Virus record (IMG/VR): IMGVR_UViG_3300024996_000123
Span: 1-28,727 of that record
Source of the DNA: a virus
Taxonomy: Duplodnaviria > Caudoviricetes
Strand: one strand, 5' to 3'
Length of the DNA stretch: 28,727 bases
Shown here: positions 16,083-24,600 of the stretch, piece by piece
Layout of the letters: each line of letters starts with the position of its first letter
Position numbering within the stretch: position 1 is the first letter of the stretch
Notes under the pieces: model-generated
What the model was told of the DNA's origin: nothing
Databases searched by the model: none
What the model saw: only the letters and a program-made list of their open reading frames with translations
Position numbers and translations under genes: made by a program

Positions 16083-16148
16083 CCGGCTTGGTCCTGACTG
16101 TGGTGCGAGTCGAAACGGAAGGTCGGTTGGTTCGTGGGTCGGCGTTTA

Positions 16149-16754
16149 TCAGGCGGATTCGGCGAGCCGGAGCCGGAAGTGGGCGCGGGTCGCCCAGGCG
16201 TCGTCGCGGTCGCGCGCGGAGCGGAGGGCGTCGAGCGATCGGACTGAGACCTCGGTGGCTCGATAGGCCGGGTAGGCGACGATCGAGACGTCGTCGATCC
16301 TGGAGAACTCGGTGATCTCCCGGATGACCCCGGTCGGCTCGGAGCGCCAGACCTGGCCGCGGCTGGGGTCGTCGAACATGTAGAACCGGAACGACGATTC
16401 GGCGAGGTCGCCGCGCTCGACGAGGGCGGCGTAGTCGCGGGCCATCTGGGTGTCGGGCGGGTCGGCCTCGTAGCGGAGTCCGCGGGAGTCCTCGGTCAGC
16501 CGGAGGGTGCCGTTGCGGGTGCGGCCGAGGATGAGCGACGGGTCGTGATTGACGACCAGGCGGACGTCGGCCCCGGCCAGGGCGGCGGCGAACGCGCCGG
16601 GCCTGATGATCTCCCGGAACCCGCCCAGGTCCTCGGAGAGGGAGTTGAAGACGGCCGCGTAGCCGACGATCCGCTTCTTTCCGTCGACCTGGTCGACGCG
16701 GAGTTCGGAGGCGGCGAGGGAGCGGACGTCAGCCTTGGGGGTGGTCGGGGTCAT
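16149..16754 (-). CDS. HK97-family prohead protease
   Basis: IVGYAAVFN..S.DLGGFREII.PGAF, NHD...LGR, SSF, DVSIVAYPAY. Confidence 0.95.
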   Translation of the reverse strand: MTPTTPKADVRSLAASELRVDQVDGKKRIVGYAAVFNSLSEDLGGFREIIRPGAFAAALAGADVRLVVNHDPSLILGRTRNGTLRLTEDSRGLRYEADPPDTQMARDYAALVERGDLAESSFRFYMFDDPSRGQVWRSEPTGVIREITEFSRIDDVSIVAYPAYRATEVSVRSLDALRSARDRDDAWATRAHFRLRLAESA

Positions 16755-18084
16755 CGTTCGTCGCCTCGACGGATGAGGTGGTTTCGACGTCCGGTTCCCT
16801 TTCCGGTTCCGGTTCCGACGTCGGTTCGTCGGCCGCCGCGGGGTCGGGCGTCGCGGCCGGCTCGCCGACGCGCTTGAGTTCGGTGAGGTTGAGCTGGACG
16901 GTGTACTTGCCGCCGCCGTCGTCGGCGCCGATGGGGGAGGCGTTCTCCTTGCGGCAGACCTGGTCGCGGTTCATCCAGCCGTTGCGGATGGCGATCTCGT
17001 AAGCCTGGTAGCGCTTCAGGAGGTCGCCGCGAAGGAGGGCCTCGACGGTGTGCTCGGCGTAGACGCCGGCCTTGCGTTCCGACGGGCTGAAGAGCTTCAG
17101 CGCGGCCTGTTGCTCGAAGGCGACCAGCCAGGGCATGAGGGCGGTGTTGAGGTAGTCCTGGTTGCTGGCTTCGAGGTTGGCGAGGTGGGCCTGGGAGTAG
17201 TCGCCGACCTTGTGGGGAGGGGCCCGCCAGGGCCGGGCGACTTCGAGCACCTGGTACTTGCGGGCCTCGAGGAGTTGCGACTTCTCCGGGTCGATCGTGG
17301 TCGGCGTGTAGGTGCCGCCCTCTTCGAGCACGGCCGTGCCGTGGCGCTTGCCGGGGCCCTTGAAGCGGTGCTCCCAGTCGCGGACGAACTCCAGCTTCTT
17401 CTGCCGGCTCTCGAACTTCTTCGCCAGGGAGATGACGCCGCCGGGGTCGGAGCCGTTGCGGAAGAAGTCCCCCTGGAAGGCTTCCTCGGCGAGTCCGACG
17501 CCGATGGCCCGCTCGATCAGTTCGACGAAGCTCCAGCCCGAGACGCCGTCGAAGCCCAGGCCGGCGAGGTGGAAGACCTTGGAGGCCGGGAGCGTCTGGC
17601 CGCCCGCGAGGTGGTAGACGAGGGCCCTGGTCGTCTTGTCGCGCTTGACGACGACGGTGGACGGGTCGATCAGGTGGAGCGCCGCGGGGCGGGGCCCCTT
17701 GCGGACGATCTCGGCGTAGCCGTTGCCCCAGAGCAGCGCGTGGACCATGAGGGCCTGGCGCCAGTTGATCGCGGTGGTCTCGCCGTCGGGGGAGACGTTC
17801 AAGAGGTCGTCGACCGGGTGGTCGTCGGCGATCAGCCGGCCGCCGTCGGCCTGGCGGCGGTAGACGCGGCACGGCAGGGCGGCGACGTCGGTGGCCAGGA
17901 CGTTGAGGACCGCCAGGAGCGCCGGGAACTTCACGGCGGTCCAGGGGTTGACGACCATGCCCGCGGTGTCCTCGGCGGGCTTATAGAAGATCTCCTCGCC
18001 CTGGACGTACCGCGGCTCGGGGTCGCCGACGACGATCGGCGAGGCGTCGGCGGTGAAGGTGGCGAAGGAGAAGGAGGCGGTCAT
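16729..18084 (-). CDS. HK97-family portal protein (451 aa)
   Basis: ATG 18084 with ATGA overlap; LLWGNGYAEI, GFDGVSG.S, FFRNG, VLEEG, SQLLEAR, PPHKVG. Confidence 0.95.
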   Translation of the reverse strand: MTASFSFATFTADASPIVVGDPEPRYVQGEEIFYKPAEDTAGMVVNPWTAVKFPALLAVLNVLATDVAALPCRVYRRQADGGRLIADDHPVDDLLNVSPDGETTAINWRQALMVHALLWGNGYAEIVRKGPRPAALHLIDPSTVVVKRDKTTRALVYHLAGGQTLPASKVFHLAGLGFDGVSGWSFVELIERAIGVGLAEEAFQGDFFRNGSDPGGVISLAKKFESRQKKLEFVRDWEHRFKGPGKRHGTAVLEEGGTYTPTTIDPEKSQLLEARKYQVLEVARPWRAPPHKVGDYSQAHLANLEASNQDYLNTALMPWLVAFEQQAALKLFSPSERKAGVYAEHTVEALLRGDLLKRYQAYEIAIRNGWMNRDQVCRKENASPIGADDGGGKYTVQLNLTELKRVGEPAATPDPAAADEPTSEPEPEREPDVETTSSVEATNDDPDHPQG

Positions 18085-19712
18085 AGGACGAGGAGGTCCT
18101 CGGATTCGTAGCAGGTGATCGGGCTTTCGCCCGCGCCGGAGGTGGCGGCGGCGATGGCGTCGACCAGGGCGGAGAGCCCGTCGACCTTCCGCCGGGACCG
18201 GACCTTGTCGATCTTCATGTTGCCGTTGGAGTCGCTGATCGCGACGGCGTTGGAGGCGTTCCAGCGGAGGATGGGGTTGCCGCCGTGTCGGATCCGCTCG
18301 GAGAGGACGAGCCGGAGCAGTTCCTTGGTGGGGACCGTCACCGACTGGATCGCCTGGCTGAAGAACTCGACGGCGACGCCGTCCTCGTCGCGGAGGGTGA
18401 GGCAGAGGTCGAGGGCCTGGTGGCGGTCGACGAAGAGCTTGCGGAGGTCGAACCCGGCGTGCGTCTCCTGGATCCGCTTGCGGATCCAGCGGTAGTCGAC
18501 GACGTTGCCGGGGGTGAGCGTGATGAGCCCCATCCGGGCCCACTCGCGGTAGGGGACCTGGTGCTTCAGTTCGAGCGCCTCGATCCCGTCCTCGGGCAGG
18601 AAGAACTCCATGAAGACGTCGAACCCGTCGTGGACGTCGCCCTGGATCCAGGCGAGGGCCGAGAGGTCGTCGACGGTCGAGAGGTCGAGTCCGCCGAAGA
18701 TCGTCGATCCCGGCTCCATGGGCCTGGGGGGCGACGCGCAGGCGTCCCACTTGTCGAGGGCGACGAAGGCCGAATCGGACGCGGTGACGATGTTCAAGCG
18801 GAGCCGCTTGAAGTTGGCGAGGAGCGACGGGTTTCGCTTCGCCTCCTCAAGCTCGCGCCGGAAGTCCTCGACCTGGATCGTCTCGCCGAGCGACGGGTTG
18901 GCCTTGCGCCAGGTCGCGGGGTCGTCGACGTCGTCGGTCTCCAGGGCCCGGTAGACGATGCCGAGATGGGCGAAGTCCGGGACGACGCCGTCGTTGACCT
19001 TCTCCGAATACTCGCGCTGTTCGTACCACACGCCGTCGGCGGACTCGCCGGCGGTTGTGATCGAGCCCAGGATGGGTTGAGCCCTCGCGGCCGATCCATA
19101 AGCGAACACGTCCCACATGTCCCGCTTCTTCTGGCGGTGCAGCTCGTCGAAGACGACGTGGGAGGGGTTGGCGCCGTCCTTCGATGCGACGTCGGCCGAG
19201 TTGGCTATGAACGTCCCATGTTTGCCGTCGAGACAGGCCGCACGCCTCGCCCGCTTGGCGAGCCGGAAGAGGGGCTTGAGGACGGTGGACGACTCAATCA
19301 TCTTCACGGTCTCGTCGAAGATGATCCCGGCTTGACTCCGATCGACGGCGTTGACGTGGATCTCGGGCGACGCCTCGCCGTCCAACAGGCAGAAGACGAT
19401 CAGCAGCGCGCTAAGCATCGTGGACTTGCCGTTCTTCTTGGCGACTTCCAAGTAAAAACGGCGGAACCTGCGCGTGCCGTCCGGGTTCCTCCACCCGAAC
19501 AGTCGCATAATGAAGTCCTTCTGCCAGTCGAGGAGCCGCAGCGGTTTCCCACCCCACCGGCCCTTGGACTGTCGGCAGTGGGTTTCGACGAACCGAATCG
19601 CCTTCAGGCCGGGCGCCTCGTCGAACCAACATCCCTTCTCGACCGCCAGGCGGTCGGAGGCGTTGCGGATCCACTTCGGATCGGGTTGGAGCCATTCCTG
19701 AATCTGATCCAC
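18081..19712 (-). CDS. terL: Terminase large subunit
   Basis: Walker A EVAKKNGKS, Walker B VVFDELH, ITTAG, KANPSLG, GLDLS, KVDG. Confidence 0.97.
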   Translation of the reverse strand: MDQIQEWLQPDPKWIRNASDRLAVEKGCWFDEAPGLKAIRFVETHCRQSKGRWGGKPLRLLDWQKDFIMRLFGWRNPDGTRRFRRFYLEVAKKNGKSTMLSALLIVFCLLDGEASPEIHVNAVDRSQAGIIFDETVKMIESSTVLKPLFRLAKRARRAACLDGKHGTFIANSADVASKDGANPSHVVFDELHRQKKRDMWDVFAYGSAARAQPILGSITTAGESADGVWYEQREYSEKVNDGVVPDFAHLGIVYRALETDDVDDPATWRKANPSLGETIQVEDFRRELEEAKRNPSLLANFKRLRLNIVTASDSAFVALDKWDACASPPRPMEPGSTIFGGLDLSTVDDLSALAWIQGDVHDGFDVFMEFFLPEDGIEALELKHQVPYREWARMGLITLTPGNVVDYRWIRKRIQETHAGFDLRKLFVDRHQALDLCLTLRDEDGVAVEFFSQAIQSVTVPTKELLRLVLSERIRHGGNPILRWNASNAVAISDSNGNMKIDKVRSRRKVDGLSALVDAIAAATSGAGESPITCYESEDLLVL

Positions 19713-19725
19713 GATGGTTCATTGG

Positions 19726-20133
19726 TCATGCGGTGTCGTTCATCAAGAATTCGGCGAGCGGGTTCGCGGGGGCTTCTCCGGCCGCCTTAACGCGGGACCG
19801 CGAGCTTGGGGTGAGGCCGAACTCGATCAGCATCCGTCGGTAAAGGTCGCGGGCCTTGTAGTCGAGCGGGTCGAGGCGGAAGAGCGCGTAGGCTTCGCAA
19901 AGCAGCGCCAGGGCCGGGCGGTCGCCTTCGGTCAGCAGCCCGACCGAGGAGAGCAGCGGGGCCAGCTCCGCCCAGTGCTCGCGCGCGTGGGCGAGGCCGT
20001 CGGCGAGACAGCAGAAGTGCTCGGGGAGGTCGAGGTCGGCGTCGGGGATCCGGGGCTCGGCCTGGTTGATCCGGTCGGCTCGGTCGCCGTCCAGGATCTT
20101 CAGGGCCGTCGGCTTGGGCTTTCGGCCTCGCAT
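19726..20133 (-). CDS. terS: Terminase small subunit, P27 family
   Basis: GRKPKPTALKILDG and EFGLTPSSRSRV. Confidence 0.92.
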   Translation of the reverse strand: MRGRKPKPTALKILDGDRADRINQAEPRIPDADLDLPEHFCCLADGLAHAREHWAELAPLLSSVGLLTEGDRPALALLCEAYALFRLDPLDYKARDLYRRMLIEFGLTPSSRSRVKAAGEAPANPLAEFLMNDTA

Positions 20134-20262
20134 CGCGCGACCCCCGTCGAATTCGAATCGCCAATTTTGTCAAAAAACGCGCGCGCCCCCGCCGCGGTCT
20201 TCAAGTTCAAGGGCATGCAGGTTTTCACCCCCCCTCCCTCCGCGTAGGTGCATGCACCTACG
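20134..20262. other. Probable cos packaging region
   Basis: Non-coding gap between HNH and terS, the usual cos position in HNH/P27-TerS phages; G-run, T-run and a 20-bp palindrome. Confidence 0.55.
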
Positions 20263-20584
20263 GGCGGGGCTTCCGGGCGGCGTGGAGGCGGCTGTGGCAG
20301 CCGTGACACAGGGTCTGGAGGTTCTCCAGCACTAGGCCGAGCGACGGCGCGTCACGCAGTTCGACGACGTGGTGGACGTGCGAGCCGAGGTTCAGTCGGC
20401 GGGGCTTGGCCTGGAGGCAAAGCTCGCAAAGCGGGGATTCGCGGAGCTTGATCCTCCGCACCGCTTTCCATTCGGTCGAGTTGTAGAACCGCTTGGATTC
20501 CGCGTCGCGACGGTTCCGGTCGTATTCCCGGTGGCGCGACCCCGGATCGGGCGTCGGCGCGTGGAATGGGATCCGCTGAGGCAT
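20258..20584 (-). CDS. HNH endonuclease (HK97 gp74-like packaging cofactor)
   Basis: FYNSTEW..R...PLCELC...VHH...NLQTLCHGCH; adjacent to terS. Confidence 0.92.
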   Translation of the reverse strand: MPQRIPFHAPTPDPGSRHREYDRNRRDAESKRFYNSTEWKAVRRIKLRESPLCELCLQAKPRRLNLGSHVHHVVELRDAPSLGLVLENLQTLCHGCHSRLHAARKPRP

Positions 20585-20591
20585 GGCTTGC

Positions 20592-20777
20592 TCAACCCCC
20601 GAACACGACGACCGCCATCGCCCGCGACGCGATCTCGATCAGGCCGGCGGCCATCATCGCGACCCACGCGACGGTCAAGCAGGCGTCGGGCCGACGGTGT
20701 TCGACCGTCCCCGGCCCCGTCGGCTTCGACGGGATCATCGCCGGGCGCGGCTCAAGGCCGCTCACTGTCCTGGACAT
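20592..20777 (-). CDS. Small membrane protein (61 aa)
   Basis: TGATG overlap, GGAGGGA RBS, hydrophobic C-terminus. Confidence 0.5.
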   Translation of the reverse strand: MSRTVSGLEPRPAMIPSKPTGPGTVEHRRPDACLTVAWVAMMAAGLIEIASRAMAVVVFGG

Positions 20778-21070
20778 CACCGTCCCTCCTCGCGCCTGAT
20801 TGGGTCGCCGTGGGTTCGCGCGCGAGACAACTCCGACTCGGCCGCGGCGATCTCCGAACGCAGCTCCGCGAGCCGCGCTTCGAGGTCGAGCCGATCGTTG
20901 GCCCGGCGCGCGGCCCGCCAGCGGTCGTAACCCGCGAGCACGCCCGACCAAACCAGCAGCCCGATCCCAACCCAACGCGCGACCTGCTCCTGACTCGCAT
21001 GCCCCACGACGAACGCAGTCGCTCCCGCGAACGCCGCGCCGAGACTCCCGGCGTGATTGGTCGGCGGCAT
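20777..21070 (-). CDS. Holin-like membrane protein (97 aa)
   Basis: Two hydrophobic segments followed by a charged coiled-coil tail; at the head of the late operon. Confidence 0.5.
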   Translation of the reverse strand: MPPTNHAGSLGAAFAGATAFVVGHASQEQVARWVGIGLLVWSGVLAGYDRWRAARRANDRLDLEARLAELRSEIAAAESELSRARTHGDPIRREEGR

Positions 21071-21228
21071 CCGGAACCCCCGCGCATGGATAAGGCCCTC
21101 GACCGACCGGGACGTCGGAGAGGGCCTCGTGAAATGATCGGTCGGGGCGCATCGACCCCTATCTATCAGTGCCACATGATTCGAGCTTTGCGAATCAAAG
21201 CGACCGCCGCCGCCGCCGGGAACGCGGC

Positions 21229-21555
21229 CTATCCCGAAACCCCGAAGCGAGTTGGACCGCTCGGAAAATCCTCGTCCGAGTGACCTTCGCGAAACTTCCG
21301 CGTCGCCTCCTCGTCGAGCGGATCGACCAACCTCAGCGAGATCCAGCACCGGGCGTCCTCGTGCCAGCCCGCGTCCACCCCCTTCGGCGGATGCTCCCGA
21401 TGCACCGCCACGTCCACCAGGCAACCCGCCGGCGCGCCGTTGGGGAGCCGGCCGTAACGCATCCAGACCACTTCATCGGAATCGGCGTCCGGCGGGCGAT
21501 GGATCCGGAGCGGCGTCGGGGAGGGAACGGGAACGGGAACGGGCGTCGTCGGCAT
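21229..21555 (-). CDS. Hypothetical protein (108 aa)
   Basis: ATG 21555 with GAGG RBS; protein-like sequence after a PV-repeat N-terminus. Confidence 0.6.
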   Translation of the reverse strand: MPTTPVPVPVPSPTPLRIHRPPDADSDEVVWMRYGRLPNGAPAGCLVDVAVHREHPPKGVDAGWHEDARCWISLRLVDPLDEEATRKFREGHSDEDFPSGPTRFGVSG

Positions 21556-21598
21556 GGTCGCGGCCTCGCGAGGTCGATCCGGAATCGTCGCGCCTCGG

Positions 21599-21607
21599 AT
21601 TGTAGCA
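21599..21607 (-). promoter_or_regulatory. Extended -10 promoter (TGcTACAAT) pointing at the 21555 gene
   Basis: TGnTACAAT on the minus strand, 44 nt upstream of the ATG. Confidence 0.45.
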
Positions 21608-21817
21608 ACCGCCGCCCGCGATCCGCGGATCATACCGCCGACGCCGCGCCCCCACGGTCGTGGGGGCGCATCCCGGCGGCGGCCAACCAAGCCCGCCCGG
21701 CCCGTCGCCTCTTGGCGACGCCCCGCCGCCGCCACCAGTCGCCAACCGGCGACGCCGACGACGTCGCCAGCCGGCGACGCCCCGACCAGCGAACCCCCCG
21801 AAACCACGGTGAAACCC

Positions 21818-22162
21818 ATGCGCCGCAAGGCCGTCCTCTACCTCCGAACCGCCACCCGCCGCCAGCACGCCGACGGCTCCTCGATCTCCGCCCAGGAGGA
21901 CGCCTGCCGGCGACTGGCCGACGACCTCGACCTCCCCGTCGCCGAGGTCTACGCCGACGTCGGCGCCTCCGGACGCCTGTCTCCCGCCATGCGCCCCGGC
22001 CTCGAATCGGCCCTCGAAGCGCTCTGTCAAAGCGCGGTTCTGATCGCCGCCGATTCCGACCGCCTCGCCGTCGGCGACCCCACGCTCGCCCTCCTGCTCC
22101 GCGAGGTCGAACAGCGCGGCGCCACCGCCGCCGCCGGCCTCCTCGCCGCGACGGCCGCCTGA
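21818..22162 (+). CDS. Serine recombinase catalytic-domain-only paralogue, catalytic residues substituted (114 aa)
   Basis: AVLYLRTAT...SISAQ..C...VYAD.GASG...RPGL...DRLAV: resolvase fold with YxRVS Ser changed to Ala and DRLxR Arg changed to Val; no helix E or DNA-binding domain. Confidence 0.75.
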   Translation: MRRKAVLYLRTATRRQHADGSSISAQEDACRRLADDLDLPVAEVYADVGASGRLSPAMRPGLESALEALCQSAVLIAADSDRLAVGDPTLALLLREVEQRGATAAAGLLAATAA

Positions 22163-22165
22163 CCC

Positions 22166-23059
22166 GTGGCCGCCACCGCCAGGGCCGTCGTCTACGTCCG
22201 GGTCAGCACCGACGACCAGGCCGAGCACGGCGTCTCCATCAAGGCCCAGGAGCAGGCGTGCCGCGACTTCGCCGCCGGGAAGGGCTGGACCGTCGCCGAC
22301 GTCCTCGGCGACCCCGGCGTCTCGGGATCGACGCCTGTCAACGCCCGACCCGGCTTGCGGGCCGCGATCGACCTCCTCGCCCCCGGCGACGTCCTCCTCG
22401 CCTACAACCGCTCCCGGCTTTTTCGCGCCGCTCCGATCGTGATCGCCATGATCGAGGCCGAGGTCGCCGCCAGGGGGGCGTCGATCCGCACGGTCTCGAT
22501 CGAAGGCACGGGGTCCGACTCCGCCGCCGACGTCTTCGTCCGCCGCATCATGGACGCCCAGGGCGAGCACTGGATCAACGCCGTCCGCGAGGGGACGCAG
22601 CGCGCCCTCGATCACAAGCGGGCCCACGGCGAGGCCCTCGGCAACATCCCCTACGGCTGGCGGCTCGCCCCCGACGGCCTCCACCTGGAACCCGACCCCG
22701 CCGACGCCGGCCTGGTCGAGACCGTCCGCCGACTCAGGGACGCGGGCCTCGCCTACCGCCGGATCGCCGAAGTCCTCCCCCACCTCGGCTACCGCCCCAA
22801 AAAGGGCGCCGCCGAGTGGTCCCACACCTCCGTCCGCCGACTACTCGGCAAGGTCAAGCGCTGGCGACAGGCCAAGCGCGCCCGCGAACTCGCCGAGGCT
22901 CTCAAACCCAAGGAGCCCGCCCCGTGCCCGACGAGACCATCGCGGACCAGCTCCGCAAGGCCCTCGACGACGATCCCCGCAGCCTCCAGGCCCTCGCCGC
23001 CGCCGCCGACGTCCCCAAGTCCGCCCTCTGCCGCTTCGTCAAGCGGGAACGCGGCCTGA
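22166..23059 (+). CDS. Serine recombinase (resolvase + recombinase domain)
   Basis: YVRVSTDDQ, D.GVSG, RPGL, SRLFR, GNIPYGW, GLAYRRIA, WSHTSVRRLL; no zinc-ribbon/coiled-coil of full large serine integrases. Confidence 0.92.
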   Translation: MAATARAVVYVRVSTDDQAEHGVSIKAQEQACRDFAAGKGWTVADVLGDPGVSGSTPVNARPGLRAAIDLLAPGDVLLAYNRSRLFRAAPIVIAMIEAEVAARGASIRTVSIEGTGSDSAADVFVRRIMDAQGEHWINAVREGTQRALDHKRAHGEALGNIPYGWRLAPDGLHLEPDPADAGLVETVRRLRDAGLAYRRIAEVLPHLGYRPKKGAAEWSHTSVRRLLGKVKRWRQAKRARELAEALKPKEPAPCPTRPSRTSSARPSTTIPAASRPSPPPPTSPSPPSAASSSGNAA

Positions 23060-23142
23060 CCCTCGATACCGCCGCCGCCGTCACCAAGGAGCTTGGGCTG
23101 TCCCTCGTCTCCACCGCACGCCGCAAGAGGACCCGGAAGTGA
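22924..23142 (+). CDS. XRE-type HTH protein (72 aa)
   Basis: AAGGAG RBS, GTG 22924; TIADQLRKAL...SLQALAAAADVPKSALCRFVKRERGLTLDTA; GTGA overlap with the MTase. Confidence 0.85.
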   Translation: MPDETIADQLRKALDDDPRSLQALAAAADVPKSALCRFVKRERGLTLDTAAAVTKELGLSLVSTARRKRTRK

Positions 23143-24029
23143 CCCCGACGACCCGGCGACGACCGCCCAAGCCCTACCACTCCCGAAGCGGGATCGACCT
23201 CTACCACGGCGACTGCCGCGACGTCCTCCCCCGGCTCGCGCAAGGATCTTGCGCGGCCGTCGTCACCGACCCGCCCTACGGTCTCGGGATCGGGGGGCGG
23301 ACGTGGGACGACGACGTCGCGTTCTACCGCGAGACATGGCGCGCCGTCGCCCAGGCCCTGGCGCCCGGCGCGCCGCTCTTAGCGTTCGGCGGCACGCGCA
23401 CCTGGCACAGGCTCGCGATGGCCGTCGAACTCGCCGGCTACACGATCGGCGACTCCCTCGCGTGGCTCTACGGCGAGGGAAGACCGTCGTCCCAAAACCG
23501 ACTGAAGCCCGCCTGGGAACCGATCCTGTTGGCGTGGCTCGGCCGCCGGTGCAACCCGCTCGGGATCGACGGCTGCCGCGTCCCCGGCGAACCCCGCCCC
23601 TTGGTCGTCGACCGAAAATCGATCGCTCGCAAAGGCCGGACTTACAACGGCGGAATCAGTAGCGGACGCCGGGTGGGGCTGACCGAAAAGGGCCGCTGGC
23701 CGGCGAACGCGGTCCATGACGGCTCATCGGCCGTCCTCGCCGCGATCGGTCCCGGCGCTAGGTTCCTTTACCAGGCCAAGGCCCGTCATCCGAAGCAGAG
23801 GGGAGCGGACAACGACCACCCCACGGTCAAGCCGCTACCGCTGATGGACTGGTTGGTCAGACTGGCGTGTCCCGAGGGCGGGACCGTCCTGGATCCCTTC
23901 GCCGGCAGCGGAACCAACATGGTCGCCGCCGCCCTGGCCGGTCGCCGCGCCGTCGGGATCGAGCAATCCGAGGAATATTGCGAAATCGCCGCCCGCCGCA
24001 TCGACGCCCTGGCCGACGTCGCCGCTTGA
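23139..24029 (+). CDS. Orphan DNA methyltransferase, N6-A/N4-C beta class
   Basis: Motif IV DPPY near the N-terminus, HPTVKP, motif I VLDPFAGSGT, GIE; no restriction endonuclease adjacent. Confidence 0.93.
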   Translation: MTPTTRRRPPKPYHSRSGIDLYHGDCRDVLPRLAQGSCAAVVTDPPYGLGIGGRTWDDDVAFYRETWRAVAQALAPGAPLLAFGGTRTWHRLAMAVELAGYTIGDSLAWLYGEGRPSSQNRLKPAWEPILLAWLGRRCNPLGIDGCRVPGEPRPLVVDRKSIARKGRTYNGGISSGRRVGLTEKGRWPANAVHDGSSAVLAAIGPGARFLYQAKARHPKQRGADNDHPTVKPLPLMDWLVRLACPEGGTVLDPFAGSGTNMVAAALAGRRAVGIEQSEEYCEIAARRIDALADVAA

Positions 24030-24044
24030 ACCACCGGAGAACGC

Positions 24045-24269
24045 ATGCAAATCATCGACGACCTTCGAGCCCTCCCCGATCACTACCGGGCCGCCATCCT
24101 CCCGTCGCTGAGGTCGAACCATGGGCCCCGAGGCATCCTTGGCCCTCGCGGCGAACCCGACCCCGAGCCGGAACCCATCGACAACCGCCACGCGCGCCGC
24201 AAGGCCGCGGCCATCGACCGCAAGCGCCGCCGGCTGCTCCGGCGCGTCGCGTCGGACGCCGCGGCGTGA
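24045..24269 (+). CDS. Hypothetical basic protein (74 aa)
   Basis: GGAG RBS; NRHARRKAAA motif common in small phage proteins. Confidence 0.6.
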   Translation: MQIIDDLRALPDHYRAAILPSLRSNHGPRGILGPRGEPDPEPEPIDNRHARRKAAAIDRKRRRLLRRVASDAAA

Positions 24270-24316
24270 AAACGACGACGGCGGCCGAGGCCCTCGCGAG
24301 CCCCGCCGCCGTCGTC
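24269..24316 (-). terminator. Terminator-like hairpin between convergent genes
   Basis: 12-bp stem GACGACGGCGGC/GCCGCCGTCGTC, then GTTTT on the minus strand. Confidence 0.6.
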
Positions 24317-24339
24317 TACCGATGTATCGGGCATGGTCG

Positions 24340-24582
24340 CTACCGGGCCTTCGCGCCTCGCTTAACCGAGTCTTGATCCTTGAGCGACCTCGCCGACTGG
24401 TCGACCTGCTTCGCGCACGACGGGCAGACGTCGCTCAAAGGCCCGAACGTCATCGGCCGCATCCGCCGGAAGTCGCTGGCGCCCCGCATCCCATCGACGA
24501 TCGAGCGCATCACGTTGCCAGTCACCAAAACCGTCGTCCCGAGCGACCCGCACACGTCGCAAACCATCGTCAGCCGCACCAT
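24340..24582 (-). CDS. Small zinc-finger protein (80 aa)
   Basis: CDVCG...DVCPSC; GGAGGTG RBS. Confidence 0.7.
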   Translation of the reverse strand: MVRLTMVCDVCGSLGTTVLVTGNVMRSIVDGMRGASDFRRMRPMTFGPLSDVCPSCAKQVDQSARSLKDQDSVKRGAKAR

Positions 24583-24600
24583 CAGTCACCTCCGTTAGCA

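Larger units (their letters stand above)
21551..24340 (+). mobile_element. Candidate serine-recombinase cassette inserted in the prophage, flanked by 11-bp direct repeats GGCATGGTCGC
   Basis: Repeats at 21551-21561 and 24330-24340 bracket exactly the plus-strand five-gene block. Confidence 0.45.

Noticed and set aside
21160-21176. Possible sigma54 promoter (TGGCAC on the minus strand) for late genes
   Set aside because: The -12 TTGC element is missing at the required spacing
22796-22804. CCC AAA AAG as a -1 frameshift fusing the recombinase to the HTH
   Set aside because: It would drop the conserved WSHTSVRRLL segment, and the HTH has its own strong RBS
23139-24269. Complete restriction-modification system
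   Set aside because: The downstream 74-aa ORF is too small and lacks nuclease motifs
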